From Candidatus Latescibacterota bacterium (GTDB taxonomy: Bacteria; Krumholzibacteriota; Krumholzibacteriia; JACNKJ01): a DNA stretch of 64,000 bases. Made by a program: the position numbers and the translations under genes. Positions within the stretch are counted from its first letter, which is position 1, and every line of letters starts with the position of its first letter. The DNA lies in contig JACKDC010000004.1 in assembly GCA_020633725.1 (NCBI GenBank), forward strand, positions 261,085 to 325,084, written 5' to 3'. Below, piece by piece: positions 47,702 through 57,463 of the stretch. Below the pieces are notes generated by a model, which was not told the DNA's origin, did no database searches, and saw only the letters and a list, made by a program, of their open reading frames with translations.

Positions 47702-49183
47702 CTATTCGCCGTCGATGATCCGCCGCACGGTGGCCACCAGCTCGCCGCGCGGGATCGTCACCTGCGCGGGGCGTTCTTCCTGCCACTGCTTGCGGTCGCT
47801 CATGCCCTGCGCGAGCTTGCGGCCCACGGCGAGGTCCTTCACCGACACCTCGTTCGACGCGAACTCGTTCTCGCCGCAGATCACCACGGCGGGCAGGCCG
47901 CGCCGGTCCGCGTAGCGCAGCTGGGCGCCCACGCGGCCTTCGCCCATGTAGAGCTCGGCGGCGACGCCCGCGGCGCGCAGCTCGGCGGCGAGGCCCATGT
48001 ACTCGGCCATGAAGTTCGGGTCCATCACGACGACGAGCACGGAGTCGGGGCCGCCGCCCGCCTCGGGACGCGCGAGTTCGAGCGCGGCGAGCAGGCGGTC
48101 CACGCCCATGGACGCGCCCGTGGCCGGCACGACCTTGCCGAGGAAGCGGTCGACGAGGTCGTCGTAGCGCCCGCCGCCGGCCACGCTGCCGAAGCGGGTG
48201 ACCTCGCCCTTCTCGTCCTTCACCTCGAAGGTGAGTTCGGCCTCGTAAACAGGGCCCGTGTAGTAGGCCAGGCCGCGCACGACCGTGGGGTCGAAGGTGA
48301 TGCGCTCGTCGCCCGCGCCCGCGGCCGTGAGCAGGCGGTCGATCTCGGCGAGTTCGGCCACGCCCTCCTCGCCCACCTTGGAGCCCGCGGTGAGCGCGCC
48401 CAGCGCGGTCACGAGCGCGCCGCGCTCCTGACCGACGAGCTGCAGGTAGCCGAGGATCGTGTCGATCTGGCCCGTGGCCAGCGCGGCGCCCTTGGTGAAG
48501 TCGCCGGACTCGTCCATGCGGCCCTTGCCGAGGAGCTGGGCGACGCCGTCAAGGCCCACGCGGTCGAGCTTGTCGATGGCGCGCAGCACGGTGAGCCAGG
48601 GGCCGGCCACGTCCTCGCGGGAGTCCGCGACGTTCAGCCCCGCCTTCTCCAGCACGCCGTTCAGCACCTTGCGGTTGTTCACGCGGATGCGGTAGTCGCC
48701 GGGCTGGAAGCCGAGGGCCTCCATCACGTCGCCCAGCACGCTGCAGACCTCGGCGTCGGCAAGCATGGAGGCCGTGCCCACCGTGTCGAAGTCGCACTGG
48801 ATGAACTCGCAGAAGCGGCCCGGGCCGGGCTTCTCGTCGCGAAAGACGGAACCCACCTGGTAGCGGCGGAAGGGCAGCGGCAGGTCGGGGTACTGCGCCA
48901 TGACCCGCGACAGCGGCGCGGTGAGGTCGTAGCGCAGGGCCAGCCACTCGTCGCGCTCGTCGCGGAAGGCGAAGACGCCGCCTTCGGGACGATCCGTGTC
49001 GGGGAGATACTTGCCCAGCGTCTCGAGGTACTCGACGATGGGCGTCTCGAGCGCGGTGAACCCGTAGCGGCGATAGACCGCGACGATGCGCTCGATCATC
49101 CGCTGGCGCTGCACCAGGGCGTCGCCGAAGACGTCGCGAAACCCACGGGGCAGGCGCGGTGTGGGACGTTCGGGCGCAGCCAT
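47702..49183 (-). CDS. hisS: histidine--tRNA ligase
   Basis: Class II aaRS motifs incl. LPRGFRD (motif 1), FRDEKPGPGRFCEF, GGGRYD (motif 3). Confidence 0.9.
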   Translation of the reverse strand: MAAPERPTPRLPRGFRDVFGDALVQRQRMIERIVAVYRRYGFTALETPIVEYLETLGKYLPDTDRPEGGVFAFRDERDEWLALRYDLTAPLSRVMAQYPDLPLPFRRYQVGSVFRDEKPGPGRFCEFIQCDFDTVGTASMLADAEVCSVLGDVMEALGFQPGDYRIRVNNRKVLNGVLEKAGLNVADSREDVAGPWLTVLRAIDKLDRVGLDGVAQLLGKGRMDESGDFTKGAALATGQIDTILGYLQLVGQERGALVTALGALTAGSKVGEEGVAELAEIDRLLTAAGAGDERITFDPTVVRGLAYYTGPVYEAELTFEVKDEKGEVTRFGSVAGGGRYDDLVDRFLGKVVPATGASMGVDRLLAALELARPEAGGGPDSVLVVVMDPNFMAEYMGLAAELRAAGVAAELYMGEGRVGAQLRYADRRGLPAVVICGENEFASNEVSVKDLAVGRKLAQGMSDRKQWQEERPAQVTIPRGELVATVRRIIDGE

Positions 49184-49230
49184 GACGGGAATCCTAGTTC
49201 ACTGTGGTCAGCGTGGCGCTCGCCACGAGG

Positions 49231-49304
49231 TACCGCCGACGGGACTTGAACCCATGACCTCCTGGGCCACAACCAGGCACTCTAGCCAACTGAGCTACGG
49301 CGGC
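49231..49304 (-). tRNA. tRNA-His (anticodon GTG)
   Basis: Reverse complement GCCGCCGTAGCTCAGTTGGCTAGAGTGCCTGGTTGTGGCCCAGGAGGTCATGGGTTCAAGTCCCGTCGGCGGTA folds as cloverleaf; anticodon loop TTGTGGC. Confidence 0.85.
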
Positions 49305-49438
49305 ATGTTTCAGTCACTTACGCACACGCAGTGACATCGAGGGCATAGTAAGCAAAAACCCGGGGCCGGTGTCAAGACGGCCGCAAGTCGCGGCCCGCCA
49401 GGGGTTTCGCGCCGCGCCCGCGCCTGCTAGGCTGGGGC

Positions 49439-50134
49439 ATGGCCACGATCCTCCTCGACATCGGCAACGTGCTCTGGAGCGACGACGACGGCGACGCCTT
49501 CACGCTGACCAACATCGGACGCGTGCTCGCCGCGCGCGGGCAGGCCGTGAGCGAGGGGGTGATCGCGGCGGCCCAGGCCCAGGCCGTGGCCGACTGGGCG
49601 CCCAGCGCCTGGCGCGCGGTGATCCACGGCCTGGCGCGCGACCCCGTCGAGGCGGCGGCCGTGACGCGCGAGGTCCGCGCCCGCTGGGACGCCCTCAGCG
49701 ACGACGACTACGCCGCCTTCACCACACCCTTTCCCTCCACCGCGCCGCTGCTGGAGTCACTCGCCGAGGGAGGCCACACACTCGTCCTCGCCAGCAACAA
49801 CTCGCCGCGGGCGCTCGCGCGCCTGGAGACGCTGGGTCTCTTGCGCCACTTCGCGGTGAAGGAGGTCTCCGAGACGCTGGACCTGGCCAAGCCCGATCCG
49901 CGCTTCTTCGAGGCGCTTCTCGCGGCGGCGGGCAACCCCGCGCGCGCGATCATGGTGGGGGACCGCATCGACAACGACGTCGCGCCGGCGCGTGCGCTCG
50001 GCCTCGCCACCGTGCGCCTGCGCCATGGCTCGCACATCGCTCAGGAGCCGCGGGGGCCGGAGTCCACGCCGGATCTCACCGTCGACGATCCCGCGGAGCT
50101 CTCGGTCGCGCTCGCGCGCTTTGTGGGCGTGTGA
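49439..50134 (+). CDS. HAD-superfamily hydrolase
   Basis: N-terminal DIGNVLW (motif I DxG/D-type), LASNNS (motif II), MVGDRIDNDV (motif IV). Confidence 0.7.
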   Translation: MATILLDIGNVLWSDDDGDAFTLTNIGRVLAARGQAVSEGVIAAAQAQAVADWAPSAWRAVIHGLARDPVEAAAVTREVRARWDALSDDDYAAFTTPFPSTAPLLESLAEGGHTLVLASNNSPRALARLETLGLLRHFAVKEVSETLDLAKPDPRFFEALLAAAGNPARAIMVGDRIDNDVAPARALGLATVRLRHGSHIAQEPRGPESTPDLTVDDPAELSVALARFVGV

Positions 50135-50287
50135 GGCCAGGACGTAGCCAGACGACTCGATCGACCCGATCCCGGATCCAGATAGCGGCTATAGGTTTTC
50201 TCCTTTGACGTCCCCGCGCCGTGCTAGGCTTCTGCCGGCCACAACAGCGACCAGGACCCGCTACCCCGCCACCAGGAGCCTCTCATC

Positions 50288-51520
50288 ATGAAGCTCTGCT
50301 CCCCCTCACTGCCAGTGCTCCTCGTCCTTCTCATGGCCGCCGCCGCTTTCGCCCAAGACTGGACGCCGGTACCACTGGGATCCGTGGGGGACATTCTCGC
50401 CATTCAGCAGACAACGTCCCCTGAGCATTGGCTGACCGGGCGCGCGGGACTCGTTGCTCGCTCCAACGCTGACCACACCGTCTGGACTCTCGTCGACGTC
50501 GGCACGAGCGCGGATCTGTTCTCGGTCGTCGAACCTGCCGTCAGTCAAGTCTGGGTCGGCGCCGGCGGTGGGGTCGTGCGGTATCTTGACAATGGAGTAT
50601 GGGCGCAGCGGGACATTCCCGATGCACAGGACTTCGTCCTTCACACGCGCGTCGTTGGTGAGGCTCTGGCAGTCGGTAGCCAGGGGGCGATCTACCATGG
50701 CACCGACTACGGCCAAACCTGGACGCCCGAGAGCAGCGGCACGCAGGCGGCTCTGCATGGTGCGACCGGTGTCACGACGGGCCCCGCCTGGGCGGTGGGA
50801 GACGACGGGCTGATCCTCAAGCTCGAGAGCGGTGCGACACAGTGGATCCCGCGGGTCAGCGGCACGACCGCCGACCTGCTTGCCATCGCCGAGAACCTGA
50901 ACCTCCTCTTCGTCGTTGGACAGGGGGGGACGATCCTGCGCAGCGCGGATGGTGGAGCGAGCTGGTCGCCGCGTATGAGCGCTACGGAGGCCACTCTACG
51001 CGCGATCAGCGTCAGCAAGAACGACTTCAACGTGATGGTCGCGGTCGGCGACGAGGGCGTGATCTTGAAGTCCGTTGATCGAGGTGAGACCTGGTGCCGT
51101 CTCTCGTCGATGACTACGGCGCGATTCAACGCAGTGGAGGCCGTCAGCACGATGGAATACCTCGTGGCCGGCGAGGGCGGTCTCCTGCTGCGAACAACCA
51201 CAGGCGGCGGCGACTGCCAGGATCCCCTCGCCGCGCTACCCCTTGCGATTCCGGGTGGCCTCAGGCTCTCGGCGCCGTCGCCCCAGCCGGCAACCGCACG
51301 CGTCGCGTTCGAACTGGACCTCGATCGGGATGGAAGCTACGCGGCGAGTCTAATCGACATGCAGGGGCGCGTCCTGCGCGAGGTCTTTCGTGGCCGATCT
51401 CTGGCCGCTGGGCGGCATCCGCTGCAGGTGGACACCTCGGAGCTCCCCGCGGGAGTCTATCTGCTCCAGGTGCGTACCGGCGACGCCAGCGCGGCGCGGA
51501 GGTTCGTCGTGCTCCATTGA
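50288..51520 (+). CDS. BNR/Asp-box repeat beta-propeller protein (Ycf48/sortilin-like) with T9SS-type CTD
   Basis: Signal peptide; Asp-box SxDxGxxW repeats (HGTDYGQTW, LRSADGGASW, LKSVDRGETW); C-terminal sorting-domain-like tail. Confidence 0.65.
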   Translation: MKLCSPSLPVLLVLLMAAAAFAQDWTPVPLGSVGDILAIQQTTSPEHWLTGRAGLVARSNADHTVWTLVDVGTSADLFSVVEPAVSQVWVGAGGGVVRYLDNGVWAQRDIPDAQDFVLHTRVVGEALAVGSQGAIYHGTDYGQTWTPESSGTQAALHGATGVTTGPAWAVGDDGLILKLESGATQWIPRVSGTTADLLAIAENLNLLFVVGQGGTILRSADGGASWSPRMSATEATLRAISVSKNDFNVMVAVGDEGVILKSVDRGETWCRLSSMTTARFNAVEAVSTMEYLVAGEGGLLLRTTTGGGDCQDPLAALPLAIPGGLRLSAPSPQPATARVAFELDLDRDGSYAASLIDMQGRVLREVFRGRSLAAGRHPLQVDTSELPAGVYLLQVRTGDASAARRFVVLH

Positions 51521-51544
51521 GCGAGCCGCTCGCAAGTTCACGCG

Positions 51545-52207
51545 CTACTCCAACCCCGTGAACCAGCGGTTCCAGCGCGGCAGGTAGTGGCGCTCGGGAT
51601 CGAGCGATCCCACCACGGCCTTCACCTGGCCCATGATCGCGTCGCGCTCCACGACGCCGAAGACGCGCGAGTCGGCGCTGTTGTCGCGGTTGTCGCCCAT
51701 CACGAAGTAGTGGCCCTCGGGCACCCGCACGGGGCCGAACTCGCGCAGGAAGGGCCGACGGTCGTCGCGCCGCACGGTGTGCGGATGGCCGGGCAGGTCC
51801 TCGCGCCAGAAGCTCCCCTCGATCGGGCTGTACTCCACCGCCGCGCCGTTGATGGACAGATGCCCGTCGCGCTGCTGCAGCAGGTCGCCCGGCAGCCCGA
51901 TGACGCGCTTCACCAGCCGCGTGCCGTCGGTGGGCGACTGCAGGATCACGATGTCCCCGCGCGCCGGCTCCGCCCAGCGGGCCAGGCGCACGCGCGTGAA
52001 GGGCACCTTGAGGTCGTAGGCCAGGCGGTTCACGGCGATGCGCTCGCCTTCGAGGATGGTGGGGCGCATGGAGCCGCTGGGGACGTCGTTCCAGTCGGCC
52101 ACGGCCGAGCGCACCGAGCCCAGGATCGCGGCCATGACGAGGAAGGTCAGCACCCACTCGCGCCCGGCGCGAAGCCAGCGGACGCGGCGGGAGGGCGTGC
52201 TGTTCAT
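51545..52207 (-). CDS. lepB: signal peptidase I
   Basis: SGSMRPTIL (catalytic Ser), KRVIGLPGD (Lys box), GDNRDNSADSR. Confidence 0.85.
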   Translation of the reverse strand: MNSTPSRRVRWLRAGREWVLTFLVMAAILGSVRSAVADWNDVPSGSMRPTILEGERIAVNRLAYDLKVPFTRVRLARWAEPARGDIVILQSPTDGTRLVKRVIGLPGDLLQQRDGHLSINGAAVEYSPIEGSFWREDLPGHPHTVRRDDRRPFLREFGPVRVPEGHYFVMGDNRDNSADSRVFGVVERDAIMGQVKAVVGSLDPERHYLPRWNRWFTGLE

Positions 52208-52324
52208 CGGGGCCTCCAGGTGGGGGACGCCAGGACTACGCCGGCCACCGCAGGGGGTTCCCGCCGGGCCCCGGCTGCGCTAGACTGGGCGCGCCGAAGG
52301 GAGTCCCCTCCGAAGGGAGCACAA

Positions 52325-53614
52325 TTGTTTCGCCGCGCCCTGCTGCTCGTCATCCTGGCCTTGCCGCTTCCAGCCCACGCCGCCGCCGACCTCGATGCAA
52401 GCACCCACGCGGTGGAAAGCCAGCTCATCGCCGACCGCCGCTGGCTGCACGCCCACGCCGAACTGTCCCTGCGCGAGGTCGAGACCCAGGCCTACCTGCG
52501 CGAACAGCTCGCGGCGCTCCCCGGCCTCGAACTCGTCGACGGCGACTGGGGCACCGGCCTCGTGGCCCTGATCCGCGGCGCGAAGCCGGGCCCGCTGGTG
52601 GCCTGGCGCGCCGACATGGACGGCCTGCCGCTGACCGAAGCCACCGGCCTGCCCTTCGCCTGCGAGCGCGTTGACACGCTGAGCGGCGGCCGCACGGCCG
52701 GCGTGATGCACGCCTGCGGGCACGATCTGCACATGGCCATCGGGCTCGGCGTGGCGCGGGTCTTCAGCGCGCTGCGCGCGGAGATGCCGGGCAGCCTGCT
52801 GCTCCTCTTCGAACCGGGCGAGGAGATCGGCGCGGGCGCGACGCAGCTGCTCGACGCCGGCGTCTTCGCAGACGGCCGCAAGCCCGACTGCATCCTCGCC
52901 CTGCACGATCACCCCACGCTGCCGCTGGGCGCCATCGGCTACTGCCCGGGCTGGGCCACGGCGAACGTCGACGGTTTCGTCCTCACGGTGAAGGGCGACG
53001 GCGGCCACGGCGCCTATCCGCACCGTGGCGTGGATCCGGTGACGCTCGCGGCGCGCATGGTGCTGGCCTTTCAGAGCATCGTCGCGCGCGAGATCGACGT
53101 GAACAGCCACGCCGTGATCTCCGTCGGCCGCATCGACGGCGGCGCGAAGAGCAACGTCATTCCCAGCGAGGTTGTAATCGAGGCCACCGTCCGCAGCCAG
53201 GACGACGCCACGCGCCAGGCCCTGGCCGAGAAGGTGAAACGCACCGTGGACGGCCTCGCCGCCGCGGCCGGCGCGCCCGAGCCCGTGCTCGAGTACTACT
53301 TCGGCACCGCGGCCGGCTACAACGACCCGGCGCTGGTGGAGCGCGTGGGGGGCGTGGTGCGTCGCCTGCTGGGCGACGCGGCCTGGGTGCAGTATCCGCC
53401 GGGCATGGGCGGCGAGGACTTCGGCTATTTCGGGCAGCAGGTGCCGGGCTTCCAGTTCCGCCTTGGCGTCGCGCCGCCGGGCGCCACCGATCCGCCCAGC
53501 CTGCACAGCTCCGGCTTCGACCCCGACGAGCGCGCCCTGCCCATCGGCCTGCGCGTGGCCGTGTCCGCGCTCTGGGATCTGCTGGAGCGCGGCGGCCCCA
53601 CCGGCGCGAAGTAG
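52325..53614 (+). CDS. M20D-family amidohydrolase (aminoacylase/hippurate hydrolase-like), secreted
   Basis: Proposed TTG 52325 with AAGGGAG RBS 5 nt upstream; signal peptide; MHACGHD metal-binding motif. Confidence 0.7.
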   Translation: MFRRALLLVILALPLPAHAAADLDASTHAVESQLIADRRWLHAHAELSLREVETQAYLREQLAALPGLELVDGDWGTGLVALIRGAKPGPLVAWRADMDGLPLTEATGLPFACERVDTLSGGRTAGVMHACGHDLHMAIGLGVARVFSALRAEMPGSLLLLFEPGEEIGAGATQLLDAGVFADGRKPDCILALHDHPTLPLGAIGYCPGWATANVDGFVLTVKGDGGHGAYPHRGVDPVTLAARMVLAFQSIVAREIDVNSHAVISVGRIDGGAKSNVIPSEVVIEATVRSQDDATRQALAEKVKRTVDGLAAAAGAPEPVLEYYFGTAAGYNDPALVERVGGVVRRLLGDAAWVQYPPGMGGEDFGYFGQQVPGFQFRLGVAPPGATDPPSLHSSGFDPDERALPIGLRVAVSALWDLLERGGPTGAK

Positions 53615-53625
53615 GAGGAGACGCC

Positions 53626-54117
53626 GTGCGCATGCTGCGCATGGATCACACGCGGCTGGGCGACGTCCAGCCCGCCGCCCCGCCCGCGGGCTATCACCTG
53701 CGCGACTTCGCGCCGTCCGACTGGGACGCCTGCGTCGCCCTGATGCTCGCCTGCCCCGATCCCGGCTACACGGCCGGTCCCTGGGACCGCGGGCTCTGCG
53801 AGCGCTGCATGGCCTTCGGCGCCGATCTCAACGGCGACTTTCCCGAGGGGCGCGGGCAGCTCGTCTACGCCGGCGACACGCTGGTGGCCCTCGCGCTCTG
53901 CTCCAGCGCGGGCTATCTGAACCAGGTCTACACGCTGGAGGCGCACCGGCGGCGCGGCCTGGCGCGCGCCGCGGTGACCCGGGTGCTCGCCGCGCTCCAT
54001 GCGCAGGGCATCGACCGCTGTTTCCTCATGGTCTTCGAGGAGAATCCCGCCGCGCGCCGCTGCTACGAAGCGCTGGGCTTCGAGCAGGTCTTTCCGCCGC
54101 TGGACCTGTGGGTCTAG
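53626..54117 (+). CDS. GNAT family N-acetyltransferase
   Basis: GGAGGAG RBS; Q/R-x-x-G-x-A motif region VYTLEAHRRRGLARAAV and C-terminal YEALGF. Confidence 0.7.
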   Translation: MRMLRMDHTRLGDVQPAAPPAGYHLRDFAPSDWDACVALMLACPDPGYTAGPWDRGLCERCMAFGADLNGDFPEGRGQLVYAGDTLVALALCSSAGYLNQVYTLEAHRRRGLARAAVTRVLAALHAQGIDRCFLMVFEENPAARRCYEALGFEQVFPPLDLWV

Positions 54118-54485
54118 GCGGACGCTTCCAGCGAGAACGCGTTGCCTTCGGGGTCGCGGCCCTTGGCGACGAGCGTCCCCGGCGCCGCCTCGAAGGGCTC
54201 GGCCAGCCGCGCGCCGGCGGCGCTGAGCGCCGCGCCGGCGGTGGCGAGGTCGTCGCAGCGGAAGACCAGGCTCGGCGCGTCCTCGCCGAAGCGCCGCCTG
54301 CCGCCGCCGTGCAGGGCGAGCGCGCAACCGCAGCCGAGGTCGAGCGTCACCCAGACTTCCCTGGCCAGCTCCGCGATGCCCGTGGGATAGGTGAGGGTGA
54401 GGCCGAGCGCGTCGCGGTAGAAGGCGACCATACGCTCCATGTCCTCGACGTAGAGGATCACCTTGTCGAAGCGGGCGACTACCAT
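54114..54485 (-). CDS. VOC/glyoxalase-bleomycin resistance family protein
   Basis: ATG 54485 (MVVARFDKVILYVEDMERMVAFYRDALGL) typical VOC N-terminal beta-alpha-beta. Confidence 0.65.
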   Translation of the reverse strand: MVVARFDKVILYVEDMERMVAFYRDALGLTLTYPTGIAELAREVWVTLDLGCGCALALHGGGRRRFGEDAPSLVFRCDDLATAGAALSAAGARLAEPFEAAPGTLVAKGRDPEGNAFSLEASA

Positions 54486-55018
54486 CCGACCAGCCCCTGG
54501 GCATGCGGTGGGGGAGTGTTCGCCCACCAGCGGGTCTGAACGCCGAGGGGCATGGGCTTGTGCTGCTCGGCCATCCAGGCGATCGGCAGTTCGACGTCGA
54601 GGCCGCCCGAGTCGCCGAGCCCCCAGCGCAGCCCGGGTGAGAAGAGCGGGAGCGTCAGCGTGCGCCAGTGGCCGGGGTTCTCGCGGGCGAGGAGCCCGAG
54701 CGCGCCCACGCTGAAGAGTCCCCAGCGGCCGGTGGGAGCGTCCTCCGATTGCGACGCGCCGTCGATGCGGAAGCGGTAGCTGCCGCCGGCTTGCAGGCCG
54801 AAGGCGGGGACGTCCGCGATGGCCCAGAGGAGCTCAGCGCGCAACGACAGGTGTTCCGTGGCGAGGCGCTCGATGCCCGCGCTCAGCATGACGTGCCCGC
54901 TCACGGTCACGCCGAGCACGAGGCGGGATCGGCCGTCGTAGTCGCTTCGAGGCGCCACGGTGGCGGCGGCGGTGTTCGCGATCAGCAGTGCCAAGAGCAG
55001 GCCAGCGACCCTTCTCAT
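54479..55018 (-). CDS. hypothetical secreted protein (179 aa)
   Basis: ATG 55018; signal peptide MRRVAGLLLALLIANTAAA; beta-rich composition. Confidence 0.45.
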   Translation of the reverse strand: MRRVAGLLLALLIANTAAATVAPRSDYDGRSRLVLGVTVSGHVMLSAGIERLATEHLSLRAELLWAIADVPAFGLQAGGSYRFRIDGASQSEDAPTGRWGLFSVGALGLLARENPGHWRTLTLPLFSPGLRWGLGDSGGLDVELPIAWMAEQHKPMPLGVQTRWWANTPPPHAQGLVGW

Positions 55019-55740
55019 TCCGATCCTCCTTCGCGCAGCAGCGCTACGCCGGTGATGATCGGGGGCGTGAGCAGGAGTGCGCCCCAGGAGAGGCGGAGCG
55101 AGGGCTCCGCCGTGCGGAGATTCAGCAGGGTCAGCAGGGCGAGCACCAGGAGCAGTGCGCCTGCCACCTGAGGATAGCGCCTTCCCACCAGCAGGGCAAG
55201 CAGCAGGCCCGCGCTGAAGCGCAGGTCGACGAGCACGCCGAGCCAGTCGGGGGCTTCGTCGAGGATCGCGCCCAGCGCGAAGAGCGCCGCCAGGGCCAGG
55301 AGAATCGAGGCGGCGCCGCGCCGCGCGCCCCAGTAGTCCTGGAGCGTGCTGCAGACGTAGGTGAGCAGCATCACCAGCAGCGCGGCGTTCAGCGGGAGCT
55401 TCGGCAGCTCGCGGCCGAAGGCCGGTGGCTGGGGCCAGGGCATGAAGTGCGCGAGGACCAGGAGCACAACACCCCCGGCGAGAAAGGCGCGCCAGCCGGC
55501 GCGCTGCGCCACCTGGCGCTGGAACTCGTCCTGATCGCGCAGGAGCCCTAGCTCGCGCAAGAGCCCCGGGCCGAAGAGGCCCGCCAGGATCAGCGCGCCG
55601 GCAAGGTGGTACAGGGGACGCTCGAGCGCCGGCTGGAGGAGGGTTCGCGTCACCGCCACCGCCGCGGCCAGCACGAGCAGCGCGAAGCCCACCCACGCCG
55701 ATCGCGGCAGGCCGGCCAGCAAGCGTGGATCACGACTCAT
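55015..55740 (-). CDS. hypothetical polytopic membrane protein (tandem paralog B)
   Basis: About 7 hydrophobic segments; shares GPGLLRELG(L/W)LRDQDEFQR motif with upstream paralog. Confidence 0.5.
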   Translation of the reverse strand: MSRDPRLLAGLPRSAWVGFALLVLAAAVAVTRTLLQPALERPLYHLAGALILAGLFGPGLLRELGLLRDQDEFQRQVAQRAGWRAFLAGGVVLLVLAHFMPWPQPPAFGRELPKLPLNAALLVMLLTYVCSTLQDYWGARRGAASILLALAALFALGAILDEAPDWLGVLVDLRFSAGLLLALLVGRRYPQVAGALLLVLALLTLLNLRTAEPSLRLSWGALLLTPPIITGVALLREGGSE

Positions 55741-56440
55741 CGGACACCTCCCGTCCCGTCAGGAGCGCCAGGCCGCCGGCGAGGAGTGGCCCGATGAAGA
55801 GCACCAGCACCGTGAGACGTCCCTTGGTCAGCGGATCGGGACCGAGCAACGCGCCCATGTCGAAGAACCAGCCCAGCCAGACGGCCACGCCCACCAGCAG
55901 CGCGCCCGCGAGGCGGGGCCAGCGCCGCGCGAGCCAGGCCAGCGCGAAGAAGGGCAGCGCCAGCAGGGACTGCATGAGCAGGGCCATCGCGCTGTCCAGG
56001 TTGCCGACGACGTTGAAGATCAGCCACACCACGCCGAAGGCGATGAGCAGGGTCTGCGCGCCGCGCCGCGGCCCCCAGTAGGCCAGCAGCCAGCTGAGGA
56101 ACCAGGTGAACCAGAGCAGCGAGAGGATGCCGTTCACCAGGGCGTCGTAGTGGGTCTCTGTGACCTCCGGAGTGCGGAAGGCGATCACCAGCAGGAAGAC
56201 GAGGAAGCCCGTCGCCAGGAAGGCGTGGTAGCCGGCGCGGTGGGCGGCGCGGCGCTGGAACTCGTCCTGGTCCCGCAGCCAGCCCAGCTCGCGCAGCAGG
56301 CCGGGGCCGAAGGTCCCGAGCGCGGCGAGCAGGAGGAAGGCGGAGTGGACCTGCATCAGCGCGAAGCCCAGCACGACCATGCCGCCGGCGACGAGAGTGG
56401 CCGGCGTGGGCCGGCGCCAGCGATCAGTCCAGGTGCTCAT
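55730..56440 (-). CDS. hypothetical polytopic membrane protein (tandem paralog A)
   Basis: ATG 56440 (MSTWTDRWRRPTPATLVAGGMVVLGFALMQ); overlaps XRE gene stop by 17 nt. Confidence 0.5.
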   Translation of the reverse strand: MSTWTDRWRRPTPATLVAGGMVVLGFALMQVHSAFLLLAALGTFGPGLLRELGWLRDQDEFQRRAAHRAGYHAFLATGFLVFLLVIAFRTPEVTETHYDALVNGILSLLWFTWFLSWLLAYWGPRRGAQTLLIAFGVVWLIFNVVGNLDSAMALLMQSLLALPFFALAWLARRWPRLAGALLVGVAVWLGWFFDMGALLGPDPLTKGRLTVLVLFIGPLLAGGLALLTGREVSDES

Positions 56441-56663
56441 CGTTGGGCGCTCCTTCCTCGAGGGAGAACAGCGACTCCACCGGCAGGCGGAACACCCTTG
56501 CCAGCTCGAGCGCCAGTTCAATCGAGGGCCGATAGCGCCCCCGCTCGATGCTGATGATGGTCTGCCGCGTCACGCCCACCCGGTCGGCGAGCTCCTGCTG
56601 CGTGAGCTCCGCCGCCTGCCGGTGGCGCTTGAGGTGAACCGTGATGCCCTTGCCCGGTGACAT
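56424..56663 (-). CDS. XRE-family helix-turn-helix transcriptional regulator (79 aa)
   Basis: LTQQELADRVGVTRQTIISIERGRYRPSIELALELARVF is a canonical Cro/C1-type HTH. Confidence 0.8.
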   Translation of the reverse strand: MSPGKGITVHLKRHRQAAELTQQELADRVGVTRQTIISIERGRYRPSIELALELARVFRLPVESLFSLEEGAPNDEHLD

Positions 56664-56764
56664 GCCAGGAGTGTACAGCGTGCTTTACAAAATGTCAAGG
56701 ACGCTTTTCACTGGCCAGTCCGGCCCGCCGGCGCTAGACTCCGCGGACCCGCGAAAGGAGCGCC

Positions 56765-57463
56765 ATGCGCAGCGTCCTCATCCTCGCCCTGCTCGGTGCG
56801 CTGGCCCTGGCCGACACGGCCGCCGCCCGCTGCAAGCCCGACACCAGCTACGCGCCGGTCATCGATCCCGCGCGTTTCGTGGACCAGGTGGACAACCCGC
56901 TCTGGCCCCTCGTGCCGGGCACGACGACCGTGCTGCGCGGCGGCGGTGAGGTCGTGACGATCACGGTGACCGACGAGACCCGAACCATCCTGGGCGTCCG
57001 CTGCGTCGTGGTGCGCGACGTGGTGACCGTGGACGGGGAGGTGGAAGAAGACACCGCCGACTGGTTCGCGCAGGACGTGGACGGCAACGTCTGGTACTTC
57101 GGCGAGGACAGCCGCGAGCTGCGCCACGGTCGCGTGGTGGGCCGCGAGGGCTCGTGGGAGGCCGGCGTCGACGGCGCCCAGCCCGGCATCGTGATGCACG
57201 CCGTCCAGCCGGAGCCCGGCGTGGCCTACCGCCAAGAGTACTACGCCTGCGAGGCCGAGGACATGGCAGAGGTCGTGGGCCTCGGCCGCAGTGTCACCGT
57301 GCCGGCCGGCAGCTACGAAAACTGCCTCGAGACGCGAGAGTACTCGCCGCTCGAGGCAGGGGTGTCGGAACACAAGTTCTACGCGCCGGGCGTCGGCCTC
57401 GTGCTCGAGGTGAACGCGCGCACCGGCGCCCGCACGGAGCTGGTGGAGCGCACCCAGCCCTAG
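56765..57463 (+). CDS. hypothetical secreted protein
   Basis: GAAAGGAG RBS; signal peptide MRSVLILALLGALALADTAAA. Confidence 0.5.
   Translation: MRSVLILALLGALALADTAAARCKPDTSYAPVIDPARFVDQVDNPLWPLVPGTTTVLRGGGEVVTITVTDETRTILGVRCVVVRDVVTVDGEVEEDTADWFAQDVDGNVWYFGEDSRELRHGRVVGREGSWEAGVDGAQPGIVMHAVQPEPGVAYRQEYYACEAEDMAEVVGLGRSVTVPAGSYENCLETREYSPLEAGVSEHKFYAPGVGLVLEVNARTGARTELVERTQP

Noticed and set aside
52300-52322. Tandem ccgaagggag direct repeat upstream of the M20D gene
   Set aside because: Most simply a duplicated RBS-like sequence; too short to call a regulatory repeat
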